A stretch of DNA of 62,617 nt, filler included, from Asterionella formosa (lineage: Eukaryota), in the NCBI GenBank assembly GCA_002256025.1. It is 6 parts of 6 records of this genome, joined end to end, with 100 filler letters (N's around TTAATTAATTAA, not from the genome) between each part and the next. Parts side by side here need not be neighbours in the genome. Positions count along the whole stretch, not along the records: positions 31,397 to 41,743 come from NKIB01009603.1; positions 41,844 to 52,188 come from NKIB01009604.1; 4 more parts are not named here. One strand, given 5' to 3'. Both the position numbers and the translations under genes were made by a program. How positions within the stretch are numbered: position 1 is the stretch's first letter; the number at the start of each line of letters is the position of its first letter. Of this stretch, positions 37,040-47,899 are shown in pieces. Below the pieces are notes generated by a model that ran no database searches, was not told where the DNA came from, and saw only the letters and a list, made by a program, of their open reading frames with translations.

Positions 37040-39110
37040 TCCAAATGGCATTTCACGGATTTCATGGAAAGGAGCTATCAGTCAAACAAGAAACAAGACT
37101 TACTTTCATTGTTTACACTACTCGACTTTATGTTTTCGGAAAAGAAGATGAAGAAAGTTATGAAATCAATCGAAGATTCTTTTGAATACACTCAAAGATC
37201 AAATGAATTTGAACAGATTCTTAATACTCCAGAAAAAATAATGAAGCAGGTATGCCGATACAATAGTGGCTGAGATTGAAAAGAAGGAAAGATTGCTTTC
37301 GAAGAGCACGGAAACCCAAACAGTTGGTCTTCGTGGATGAAGACTCTATTTTTACAGAGTCACAGATCCACCATCCAGTGTCGTACTTTGCTCCTCATTC
37401 TCCTGAAATCGCTGATAATGAAGAAGAACTCAGTAATTCTCATTCATTTTGATGAATAAATTCATGCCATGAATGAAAATACCGGCGGAAATGTGGGAGA
37501 CATCACTTCTGAAGTAGAAATGGTTGAAAAATTGCAAAACAAAGAAATATGTCTCATTGCTATTCGTCCAGAAAATCAAGACAAACATCATGAAAGCAGA
37601 GAAACTATTGCGTTTCTAAAAGAAAAAGCAAGATTTTCAAGAAAAAGTCTGCGCTAGATCAAGATCTCGAATTCAATAAGATCAATGCAGACAGAGATGT
37701 GATGCTGGCTAAGGCAGTTGATGCACTGAGTCTGGAACGAAGTCAGAAGAACAAAATTGAATCTTTTTCCAAATCATACATGGAAGAAAAAGAATTTCTT
37801 TGTAAAATTATCGAGAACAATCCCGAAGGCAGCTAACCTACTTTTGTGAAGAGTCGGCATGTGAAACGTGTAGAGTTATTATGCCAAAGCAAACGGCATT
37901 TTCCTTGAGTTTGCCGAAATCGCATGGACATCTAAAATTGTGGAAAGATTTGTACACTCGTACCCCACAAGATATATGCAATTACGCCTCTGTATTTTAT
38001 GGACCCAGAAAGGGTAATAACAATCCATATATATAACAAGGTGATTGTCATCCACTTCATCACGAAAGTAACTATGTTTTAATTGTGTATTGCAAAAGAT
38101 CAGATGAGGAGGAAAACAAACATTTTGTTTATTATCTTTTTGCTATAAATGGCTGATGGATATGTCAAGTGCGTGACCCAGGAAAAGATGCAAGTGGCTG
38201 TAGATGAACATTATGATCAAGTATTTCAACTTGCCTGTAAGTACTGCATCATCCACGGATGCAGAAAAGAATTGGAATTGTTATGCACCGATACAGGGTA
38301 GCTATCTTCCACAAGAATCCCATATACCTGAAGCAATTGGGTTCTCGGAATCTTTCTATTCTGGCACCAAAGCACCATTGCAGATCAGTATGGCCACTGA
38401 ATATGCATGATTCCATGTTATTTCAACCAGAAGATGACAGTGGATGGTCATGTGGACCTTTTACAATTGTGAAAGTGTTGGAAACTCTTTTGAAATTAGA
38501 AGGGAATGGCAAAACCAAATTTCTTGTCAAACGGGCACATTTCCGTTTGGAGACTGAGTCCTGGAAAGCTTTAAAACGTCAGGTGGTAGCAACAGATCGA
38601 ACAGACGATTTCTTATCCATTACATCTGACCCACCAACCAAGTCAACATACTTTCATCTTGGAACAGTTTGGCCTCAAGTGACACCGACAAATTCTCGAG
38701 AGGATATGTTTCAGTTGGAAATAACTGTTCTTCAATTTTGTATCGACAAAATTTTGACATCCTATTTAGATTTAAAAATGTTGAACAAAGTGTTTGGACA
38801 AGTTCCTTGCAACTCTTCTTTCAAGAAGGATGGAGTTGTCTACATAAAATCCATGATACAACAAAGTAATGAAAAACTTGCTCCCTTCAAATGGTAGAAT
38901 CATGCACCTCTTGGCCAAATTTCTGGAAGCATAAAAATTAACAAAAAGTTGAAAAGCAAATTTATTTTGTAACTGATGATAGCCCACCTTCTGGAATCAA
39001 ATTGAAAAAGTTTACAGACTCATATCGAACTCTAGTTGAAAAAGTGGAGAAGCAAAATTTCGGAGGAAACGAGAAGGCCCATCGTGGGAGTGAAAAAGAA
39101 GAAATAAGGG
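37040..39110 (+). pseudogene. Decayed gene, possibly a Ulp1-like (C48) protease of a large DNA transposon
   Basis: A chain of broken ORFs with a coiled-coil-like part, then QPEDDSGWSCGPF, which resembles the Q-x-D-x-x-x-CG catalytic Cys motif of Ulp1 peptidases. Confidence 0.35.
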
Positions 39111-39479
39111 ACCATTGGGATCATCCAATGTCATCATTTCTTAGGAAATCGTAGTTTGTGAAAACCTCAGAATAAGCAATATAGTATGTGAAACTATATT
39201 GTTACCATTATCATTTATATTATTCTTATATATTTATCAACGTTTGCTTGTTAGTTTTTGGTCCCACCCGATTGATTTCCATAAATTACGTTGAGGCATG
39301 GCAACATAAAAGTTATCTTTCTGTATCTGTTCCAAAACTTCTTGCGGTTTCAGAGATTTCCTTGATTCTACATATAGTACAGGTGGCACTAATAGTAATA
39401 GTAGTGTAGAGCAGAATCAATATTTTCCTATCATCTATGATATGGCTTGCATTTGTAGAAGTCTCACACTAACTATAAT

Positions 39480-41350
39480 TATTATTTAAATACTAAGAAT
39501 GCATTGGATTCTATTAGATCCATCCAAAATCAACATCATCATCAATGTCCCGTTGATTAATGCGGTCATTATAATCAATATTCTTCTCAGGAACATTTGG
39601 TTGAAGTGATTCAACAAATTGATGCATATCCTCTTTACTTACGTTGGGAAATGAAAAGTATGAGCGTGGGTTGATGATATTTGTGGTGGGAGTACCAATT
39701 CCACTAGGATTCCTTCCATATTCAGATCGATTATTTTGTGAAGTCCAGTGTAGATTTCCTTATAATAAACAAGTAAATAATCAGTCCATTGATCAGTGAG
39801 ACCATTTGAAACTGAGCTTTCTTCCCTCACACTTTTTTTATAAGTGGTTTCCCACCAATGTCGACAAAATCGGTAGAATGACGAATATCTATTGTTCTCT
39901 GAAATTTCATGGGTATCTGGATTGAAACCCAAATATTTTTGTTGCAATCGGAATTTTCCTTTCAGCACCAAGAAGCAAAATGCTTCTGTACTGGCATTGA
40001 TCAGGGAACCAACAAAACGTGTTTTGCAATTCACACTGTGCCCGAAGACTGAGTTGAAATTTGGCTTGGTCACACCAGATTTGTCTCCTGTTAAAAATGG
40101 TTCTTCATGGCTTTTCCTGCCTATAAAATACACCGGAACAAGAACATCACGCCAGAATTGGTATCCATGGCTTCCCCTGTCAATGTCCTTTGACTGCGCA
40201 AAACGATAAACCGTCAACGCCCACCTAATAAAGTCATTAACATCCATAGTCTGGAAGTTTTATTCTGTTAGACCAGCTGCCAAGTGTGTCATGAATTATG
40301 TTAGCATTTTTAAAATGAAACATGCATATTTGATAAGAATATAATCCCCGACTCAAAACATCATGCTTTCGGAGCATCTCCCTGCAAGAACTTACCTAAG
40401 ATTCCTTTAAATTGATTATTCAATACATTCTGAAATTCTCTCAACTTTTTTATGCACCTGCCACCAAATGTTGATTTGATGTAATCTAAACGTGCCTTGT
40501 TGGTACGTTCAATGGTCTGATTCATTGGAAGTAGTGCATCAGAACCATTCCATATGAAATCGGCAAGCTCTGGGTCACTCTCCACTTCTTTGCCTAACTC
40601 TGGTTTCACTGTGTATAGCCGAGTTAGGCAGGTCAACATTCGGCAAACCAATCCTGTTTGTGATTGGAAAAGCCTTTCATACTACTTGGACCAGATAGGG
40701 CGGGATGTTTGATTCTCTTTTGGGACCAGAAAAAAGCACATTAGATTGATATTCTGTTTTACAGTACCTGCAATTCACGAGGAACTATAACACCAAACTT
40801 ACATGTTCACAGCAAAATTTCTTGGTCTTGAAAATAAAAGCAACTCACAACCTTTGTGACAATTGATGGATCGGTTAAATTTTAGCTAAGCGAGAACAAC
40901 GTTCTGATTAGGCTGCTGAAATTGAAGAGTCTTGATAACCTTGTATGGACGAGTTTTGAACCGAATTAAGACCTTTGTAGTGATTGAGTTCATTGATCAA
41001 TTGATAGTATCCTTTGGCAAGTGCAAAATGTTTTTCCCTCAGATTGTCATGTACTTGTTGGTCTGTGCGATTAGAAAATTTATGATATGGTTCCATGTCA
41101 TCCATCTGAAGTAGAAACGTCGCTCATCATCAGACATCTACCGGACACTTATGCTGATTTTCGTAGAAATGTTCGGACAGTAGGCCGGTTTTTCAGCCGA
41201 AGTCTGAACTTCCGTTCATTCCCATTTCATAATTTAACACGGTATATCTAGTACTACTATGTTGAACTTGGAGTGAAGTTTGATCATTTGAGGGAAATAC
41301 CGGACGAACGGCCGTTTTTTTCTGGTAGCTGTTTTCTCGTGGCATTTTAC
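39480..41350 (-). pseudogene. Decayed unknown gene(s), probably transposon-derived
   Basis: Successive protein-like minus-strand ORF pieces (202, 96 and 65 aa) with no recognised domain. Confidence 0.3.
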
Positions 41351-41555
41351 ATATGTAGTAGTTGTCTTGATGGAATCTGTGTTTATGCACTTCGATGCAA
41401 ATTACGTAAGTATCATGTGTGAATGTGCAATTGTCAACTATCGTACTGGTATCTTAGGAACCAGCGTCACCAAGCAAAAAGGCAAGGACTTGGCTGTGGT
41501 ACAAACTTGGTCTCTCACGATAGAGCCCCTGTTGTACCTGGTACCTGGTACTCGG

Positions 41556-41743
41556 TGAGCGATCTTGCGCATCAATACAGATGTATATAGGGTTAGTGTT
41601 ATATCATGTATGTATAAGAACTCAATAATGAGAGAACTCGACTAACCCTCATTGTATACTTTGGTGTCGACTTGGAGAACGAGTTACACACAAGGATTAA
41701 CAAATAAGCTCATATATTCAACAAATACTACTACTTCTAGTTA
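41556..41743 (+). mobile_element. LTR of the same Gypsy family, truncated by the contig end
   Basis: TGAGCGATCTTGCGCATC...AATAAGCTCATATATTCAACAAATACTACTACTTCTAGTTA. Confidence 0.85.
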
Positions 41744-41843
41744 NNNNNNNNNNNNNNNNNNNNNNNNNNNNNNNNNNNNNNNNNNNNTTAATTAATTAAN
41801 NNNNNNNNNNNNNNNNNNNNNNNNNNNNNNNNNNNNNNNNNNN
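41744..41843. other. Artificial contig linker
   Basis: N44-TTAATTAATTAA-N44. Confidence 0.97.
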
Positions 41844-41865
41844 ATGTACAGATAGAAAAATATGC

Positions 41866-42072
41866 ACTGTAAGCCACCGCTATGCAATAATCTTAGTGAC
41901 TTTGGAAAAATTATTTCTTCATGGCTAGATACACTGAATCAAAACTGATTCCTTAATAGTATAGCAGAGAGCATTGTCTAACATAAGCTTTGTACTTGCG
42001 TCAAGTTTTGATCGTTGAATTACATAAATATTTTTAGTCGAAAGATAGAGTAAAATAGCGGTGGCTTACAGT
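41866..42072. mobile_element. Putative 207-bp MITE with perfect 18-bp TIRs
   Basis: ACTGTAAGCCACCGCTAT (41866-41883) / ATAGCGGTGGCTTACAGT (42055-42072) around an AT-rich interior; no clear TSD. Confidence 0.65.
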
Positions 42073-42707
42073 TTTTAAGTGGTACCAGGTACCTGGTACC
42101 GGTACACAAAATCGAAAAAAATACTCAGGACTCAGTACATACCAGGTAATAGGGGATACGTTCGGTTTTGAAACCACATACCTGGTACCAGTACCGGCAT
42201 ATTATCATCCGCATACCGGACACCGGTATACCGTGTGATGAGCAATGTTATTGCCCGTGGATGTTTTAATGCCTGATCAGAGCTCAATCTCGATTCAACG
42301 AAATGGTAGTCGCGCGTACCTTTCAAGAAGTACGCGAACTTCGCATCAGAGCGCGCGACTAGAAATTTGAAAGATATATGAAAAAAGCGAGGTCTGTGCA
42401 CGATATACATTAGGAATTTTCCACGTACCGAGGAAGTACAGAGTTTCCCGTACCTCCCTGGCGCCGATACAGGGCAGGTACAATATCATAAAACAAAATA
42501 AACTTCGTGAATACTCCTATACACTGTATTTATTTTATGTACAGTTATATTGTTTGATTACAGGTATATACCGTACCCGGTCTGCATGTTCGGACAAATA
42601 TTCGCAATATTCGGGACTTTCCCGGAACTCCCTGGGTGCTCTAAAGAGATGACACCTACCCGTATGTAGAGGCGACTTCCCTTTTCCCAAACCTTATTTT
42701 CTTTATG

Positions 42708-42787
42708 TTTCCTGAAAGTCATAGTCATTTCCTGAAAGTCATAGCAATTTCCTGAAATTCATAGGAATTTCCTGAAAGTCATAGTCA
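42708..42787 (+). repeat. 20-bp minisatellite x4 (TTTCCTGAAAGTCATAGTCA)
   Basis: Directly visible, with minor variants. Confidence 0.92.
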
Positions 42788-43250
42788 TATGCTTTCTATT
42801 CTCGTTTTTGCGATTTGAACTCCGCTATTTATTTCGCTGAATCGTTCTATGAATGAAAGATGTTCTTTATTTAGTACTACATATGATAGAATATGTCGCT
42901 GTCCGGTAACACGTTGTCCGTTCCGGGAAAATGACCGCAATTTACAGGTACAACAACCAGATGCGGTCATTTCGCTTCAATAAACAATTTAATATCGGAT
43001 AAAGACATTTAGATCCTCAGATCAGCAAAATTACCGCAACTTGCTGGTTGGTACCTGGTACCTGTTGCTAAAAAGTTGCACACTTAGTGGTATACTTTAA
43101 TATATATGCACGTATTACAAAGAAATGAATGCCGGCAAAGATAGTAAAAGACAAGGGCAAGGGAGAGTAACAGTCTGCAGATTCGAAGTCCGGCAAGGCG
43201 TTTCATCGCACCTGCCATAAAACAGCCGAATAAACGAGAACGAATCAAAC

Positions 43251-45242
43251 ATGTCCATCGCACCTTCTCTTTCAGTAGCCACAAGCCACGATAAAAATGT
43301 AGTTACGAATCAGTATGATGTACAAGTTGAGCTCATTAAGAAGGGATTATGTCCTCGTCATCCAGGCATTATCATTCGCGGTGGCGACTGCCGTGCATGT
43401 GAAGCGACTAGAAATAATCCTATTGATGCAATTCTTGAAAAGATGCAGATGCAAGATGCAGATACTGACCCAAGCAGTCAAGTGGTGACATGGCTCATCG
43501 AGCTCAAGAAATTGGCTGATTTTAACAACCAGGATGAGATTTTTCGTAAAGGAGGTATCAATAAGATTCTGTCTGCGATGAAAACTTTTTCAAAAAGTGC
43601 TATTGTGCAACAACATGGTATTGGAGCACTTGGGAGTTTGGCTAGGAATAATGACGAAAACAAGGAAGAGTTTGCTGGAAAAGGAGGTATCATTGCGATT
43701 GTGTCTGCTATGAAGAGTCATTTAGGCAATGTAGATGTGCAAAAGGAAGGTTGTAAAGAACTTGGGAACTTGGCTATGAATGACAACAACAAGGAGAAGA
43801 TTGCTGAAAAAGGTGGTATAAAAATGATTATGTCTGCGATGAAGAAACATGATCGGAATGTTCATGTGCAGCGCCATGGTTGTGCAGCACTTCATAAATT
43901 GGCTGTGAATGACCAGAACAAGTCGACAATTGCTAAAGAAGGAGGCATCCTAAGTATTCTGAACGCGATGGAGATATTTTTACTTGAAGATGTTGATGTG
44001 CAACACTATGGTTGTGCAGCACTTAATAACTTGGCTGTGAATGACGAAAACAAGGAGAAGATTGGTAAAGAAGGAGGTATCAAAATGATTTTGGCTGCGA
44101 TGGAGAATTATTTATCGAATTCTGATGTGCAACACTATGGTTGTGCAGCACTTAATAACTTGGCTGTGAATGATAACAATAATGAAAAGATTGCTACAGA
44201 AGGAGGTATCAATATGATTGTGTCTGCGATGAAAAAACATTCCTCCAATCTTGACGTGCAACTATCTGGTTGTGCAGCATTTAATAACTTGGCAGTGAAT
44301 GATAACAACAAGGATAAGATTGTTGACGCAAATGGTATCATGAGGATTGTTTCTGCTATGGATGAACATTCATTGAATGCTTATGTACAACACTTTGGTT
44401 GTAGAGAACTTTTGAACTTGGCCTACAATGATATCAACAAGGAGAGGATTGCTGGAGGGGATGGTATCGGTATCATTGTGTCTGCGATGAAGAATCATTT
44501 TTTTAATGCTAATGTGCAACACTATGGTTGTGCGGCACTTAATAAGTTGGCTGTGAATGATAATACCACGGAGAAGATTATTGACGCAGATGGCATCAAT
44601 ATGATTGTGTCTGCGATGGAGAGACATTTATCGAATGCTAATGTGCAACACTATGGTTGTGCATCACTAAATAACTTGGCTGTGAATGATAACAACAAGG
44701 AGAAGATCGCTACAGACGGAGGTATCATGAGGATTGTGTCTGCAATGGAGAAACATTTATCGAATGCTAATGTGCAACACCATGGTTATGCAGCACTTAA
44801 TAACTTGGCTGTGAATGATAACAATAATGAGAAGATTGCTACAGAAGGAGGTATCAATATGATTGTGTCTGCGATGGAGAAACATTTATCGAATGCTAAT
44901 GTGCAACACTATGGTTGTGCAGCACTAAATAACTTGGCTGTGAATGATAACAACAAAGAAAAGATTGCTACAGAAGGAGGGATAACTGTGATTATATCTG
45001 CAATGAAAAATCAACCATCAAATGAAAATGTGCAACAATATGGTTGTAGAGCACTTAATAACTTGGCTAAGAATAACAACAACAAGGTGGCGATTGGAAA
45101 TGCTGATGGAAAAGGCGCAATTGTGTCTGCTTTGGTAAATTATGCGTCAAATGCGGATGTGCAAACGAATGGTAAAGAAGCACTTTCAAACTTTGACCCC
45201 TTGGGATATTTTATTTTGGGTATCTTCAGGAGGATTACATAG
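43251..45242 (+). CDS. Armadillo-repeat protein (~13 x 42-aa units) with an N-terminal C-x2-H...C-x2-C putative Zn motif
   Basis: 663-aa ORF with unit NKEKIAxEGGIxMIVSAMExHLSNANVQHYGCAALNNLAVNDN and near-identical 126-bp DNA units; N-terminal CPRHP...CRAC. Confidence 0.92.
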   Translation: MSIAPSLSVATSHDKNVVTNQYDVQVELIKKGLCPRHPGIIIRGGDCRACEATRNNPIDAILEKMQMQDADTDPSSQVVTWLIELKKLADFNNQDEIFRKGGINKILSAMKTFSKSAIVQQHGIGALGSLARNNDENKEEFAGKGGIIAIVSAMKSHLGNVDVQKEGCKELGNLAMNDNNKEKIAEKGGIKMIMSAMKKHDRNVHVQRHGCAALHKLAVNDQNKSTIAKEGGILSILNAMEIFLLEDVDVQHYGCAALNNLAVNDENKEKIGKEGGIKMILAAMENYLSNSDVQHYGCAALNNLAVNDNNNEKIATEGGINMIVSAMKKHSSNLDVQLSGCAAFNNLAVNDNNKDKIVDANGIMRIVSAMDEHSLNAYVQHFGCRELLNLAYNDINKERIAGGDGIGIIVSAMKNHFFNANVQHYGCAALNKLAVNDNTTEKIIDADGINMIVSAMERHLSNANVQHYGCASLNNLAVNDNNKEKIATDGGIMRIVSAMEKHLSNANVQHHGYAALNNLAVNDNNNEKIATEGGINMIVSAMEKHLSNANVQHYGCAALNNLAVNDNNKEKIATEGGITVIISAMKNQPSNENVQQYGCRALNNLAKNNNNKVAIGNADGKGAIVSALVNYASNADVQTNGKEALSNFDPLGYFILGIFRRIT

Positions 45243-45273
45243 GGTAAGGGTCAAGGGATGGCCAGGGTTAGGA

Positions 45274-45780
45274 TTATGGTTGTGCAGCACTTAATAACTT
45301 GGCATTGAATGATAATACCACGGAGAAGATTTTTGACGCACATGGTATCAATATGATTGTGTCTGCAATTGAGAAACATTTATCGAATGCTAATGTGCAA
45401 CACTACGGTTGTTCAGCACTTAATAACAACTTGGCTGTGAATGATAACAACAAAGAAAAGATTGCTACAGAAGGAGGGATCACTGTGCCTATATCTGCAA
45501 TGAAAAATCAACCATCAAATGAAAATGTGCAACGATACGGTTGTAGAGCACTTAATAACTTGGCTAAGAATAACAATAGCAAGGTGGCGATTGGAAATGC
45601 TGATGGAAAAGGCACAATTGTGTTTGCTTTGGTAAATTATGCATCAAATGCGGATGTGCAAACAAATGGTAAAGAAGCACTTTCAAACTTTGACCCCTTG
45701 GGATATTTTATTTTGGGTATCTTCAGGAGTATTACATAGAGTAAGGGTAAAGGGATGGCCAGAGTTAGGGTTAGGGTTTA
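45274..45780 (+). pseudogene. Partial tandem duplicate of the 3' end of the ARM gene
   Basis: Starts mid-repeat without an ATG and repeats the C-terminus, the stop codon and the downstream AGGG-rich tract. Confidence 0.85.
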
Positions 45781-46005
45781 CATTCACACATGGCCATCAC
45801 TTTGGTAAGTACAACACTGTGCACTTCTACATGCTCATATCAGTGAACAAACAGCCGGTACTAACACATTTATTCTCATACCAGTGTACCGGTACATCCA
45901 TAGGATTAGTGATACTGTGTGCTACAGGTACATGCCCAGCCCTAGAAGGGCTGGGTGCTATATAGGGATGACACCTAGAGGCGTCTTCCCTAACCCTAAC
46001 CCTAA
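45765..46005. repeat. Telomere-like repeats in opposite orientations: (TTAGGG)2 at ~45765 and (CCCTAA)3 at 45988-46005
   Basis: GTTAGGGTTAGGGTT and CCCTAACCCTAACCCTAA, with the 9-bp hairpin CCCAGCCCT-AGA-AGGGCTGGG (45935-45955) between them. Confidence 0.7.
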
Positions 46006-46171
46006 CTGATAGTTACTATTAGTCTGAGTCACACCAAAACATGTCGGTATAGATTGTAATTTTCCATCTGGATAAGTTTCTTTATCCAAATATTGCTTCA
46101 GAAATTTATATGCATTGGCAAATTCTCGCAGTTCAGCGTCTTTTACAGAGCAATAGGGTAATTTATTTCTG

Positions 46172-46620
46172 GTGATTCAGGAGTACTGGCCAGTCGACAA
46201 TGATGGTTCAAAGACAATATACTTACAACATGACAATGCAAGCATTCATTTTGGATGTAACAATCATGGCCCCTTTAGAAATGTTGCAACTGCTTTGGAT
46301 GGATGGGATATCAACTTGAAAGGGCAACCAGCAATCTCACTAGACATGCTAAATGTAAATGGTCTTAGTTTTTTAGCACTTCAAAGATGACAGTGAGATT
46401 CAGTGGAGGAGGCAAATTATGATATTGATGAAGTTGGTGGAGCCAGTGCAGGCTTCATATTATTCATTTGATTCAATGAATTTAAACCTCTTTTTAACTC
46501 GTTGTTTACTTTCAAGGGAATTCTCAAGGAGGTCATATGAGGGTAGGGCGATAATGATGACAATATTCTGCATATGGGGAAACAGCACTCAAAGAATGAG
46601 AAAGAACATTACCAGAGCAA
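46172..46620 (+). pseudogene. Mariner-like (plant-type DD39D) transposase C-terminal fragment
   Basis: IYLQHDNASIH...GWDINLKGQPAISLDMLNVNGLSFLALQ resembles IQQDNAxPH...WDIxLxxQPPNSPDLNVLDLGFFxxLQ. Confidence 0.75.
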
Positions 46621-47899
46621 CTAGGAGCAAGCGAGGAGGCAATGGAATTGTCAAGAAGTAGTTTTATCGATGACTTAAATGACCAGGATATATACTAGGA
46701 CAGGATAATTGGGCAGAATATTGGTTTGGGTTACATGGTTTTTCGTTTCTGGTGCTGTATGGCTGTATTAGGCTCAAGACGTTTCTCTGTCCTCCTTTTT
46801 AGACCTTTTTTTAATTCAACAATGCATAGTCTACAGTCCATATCTATATCTATATACATTGTACTCCACCATCGATTAGGATTTACTATTTAGGAATTAT
46901 ATATTGTAATGACATAAAATGTACATGTTAGTGTGATTTATAATTTACGATTTACTATTACTAAGCATGCATATACATCTATAAAATATGTTATATCTAG
47001 ATGGGAATAATAGGCAAAGTACTGTCAACAAGTTCTGTTTCGATTTTATAATCAAATGCAAAAGTAGCCACTCCATATCCTAGAATTTTCATGTGCCATC
47101 TTTTGAATCACTTGAGTGGTGTATGAAGCAGCACCAGCTCCAACACTGCAGCCCTCCTAACAACATGATCAAGTCCTATACCCAAATTTCCTGAAATGTA
47201 GCTACTAACTGGAGAGGCATCCTACAACAACAACAACAACAACACACATTGTTCCTGTAGCTTTCCCACTCACCACCTTGACTTGAATGGACCTGTCTTT
47301 TTCTCCAGTGAATTTGTCATAGTAAGCAGACGACTCAAGCACAATCTTACTACTACTAACAGTAACACCACTTCCATATGGATAGTTGAACTTGTAAGTC
47401 CTACTACTGTTGCCTGCTCCAAGCCCAGGAATTACTCCATCAGGCTCCTCCCTACCAACAACCCTATCATTGAAAACTTCCATATTGTCAGGCGGTTCCT
47501 TGTTTCAAGCCATCACCATTTTTTGTAGCTAGTAGTTCCCCCATGTGCTGCCAGCATCAGAAGTCACCATGTTTGTTGGGCTGTCTCTTCGTCAGCCTCA
47601 CCCCCTGGAACCCTAGGGGCAACATAGAAGAAAGACAGGTGGAGAATGCCATTCCCCGAAATTGAGCAAAATGTTACAACATGAAGCAAGACCTGAGGGA
47701 GCTGTATACCCCGGGGACACAGTCATTTTTGGCGCGAAAATTCGCACCCAGCGCGTCTAAGCTACCAGGTAGTAACGGCTCGATAACATAGTACCTGGTA
47801 CTGTGCTTTATTCTTAACCTCACAAATACATCATAGCTGTCAGCCGACACCACATGTGGCAAAAACACAAATTATTGATAACTTGCATCTGTATACACA

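Noticed and set aside
42708..42787. CRISPR-like array
   Set aside because: These are head-to-tail 20-bp units with no spacers and no cas genes, in eukaryotic context.
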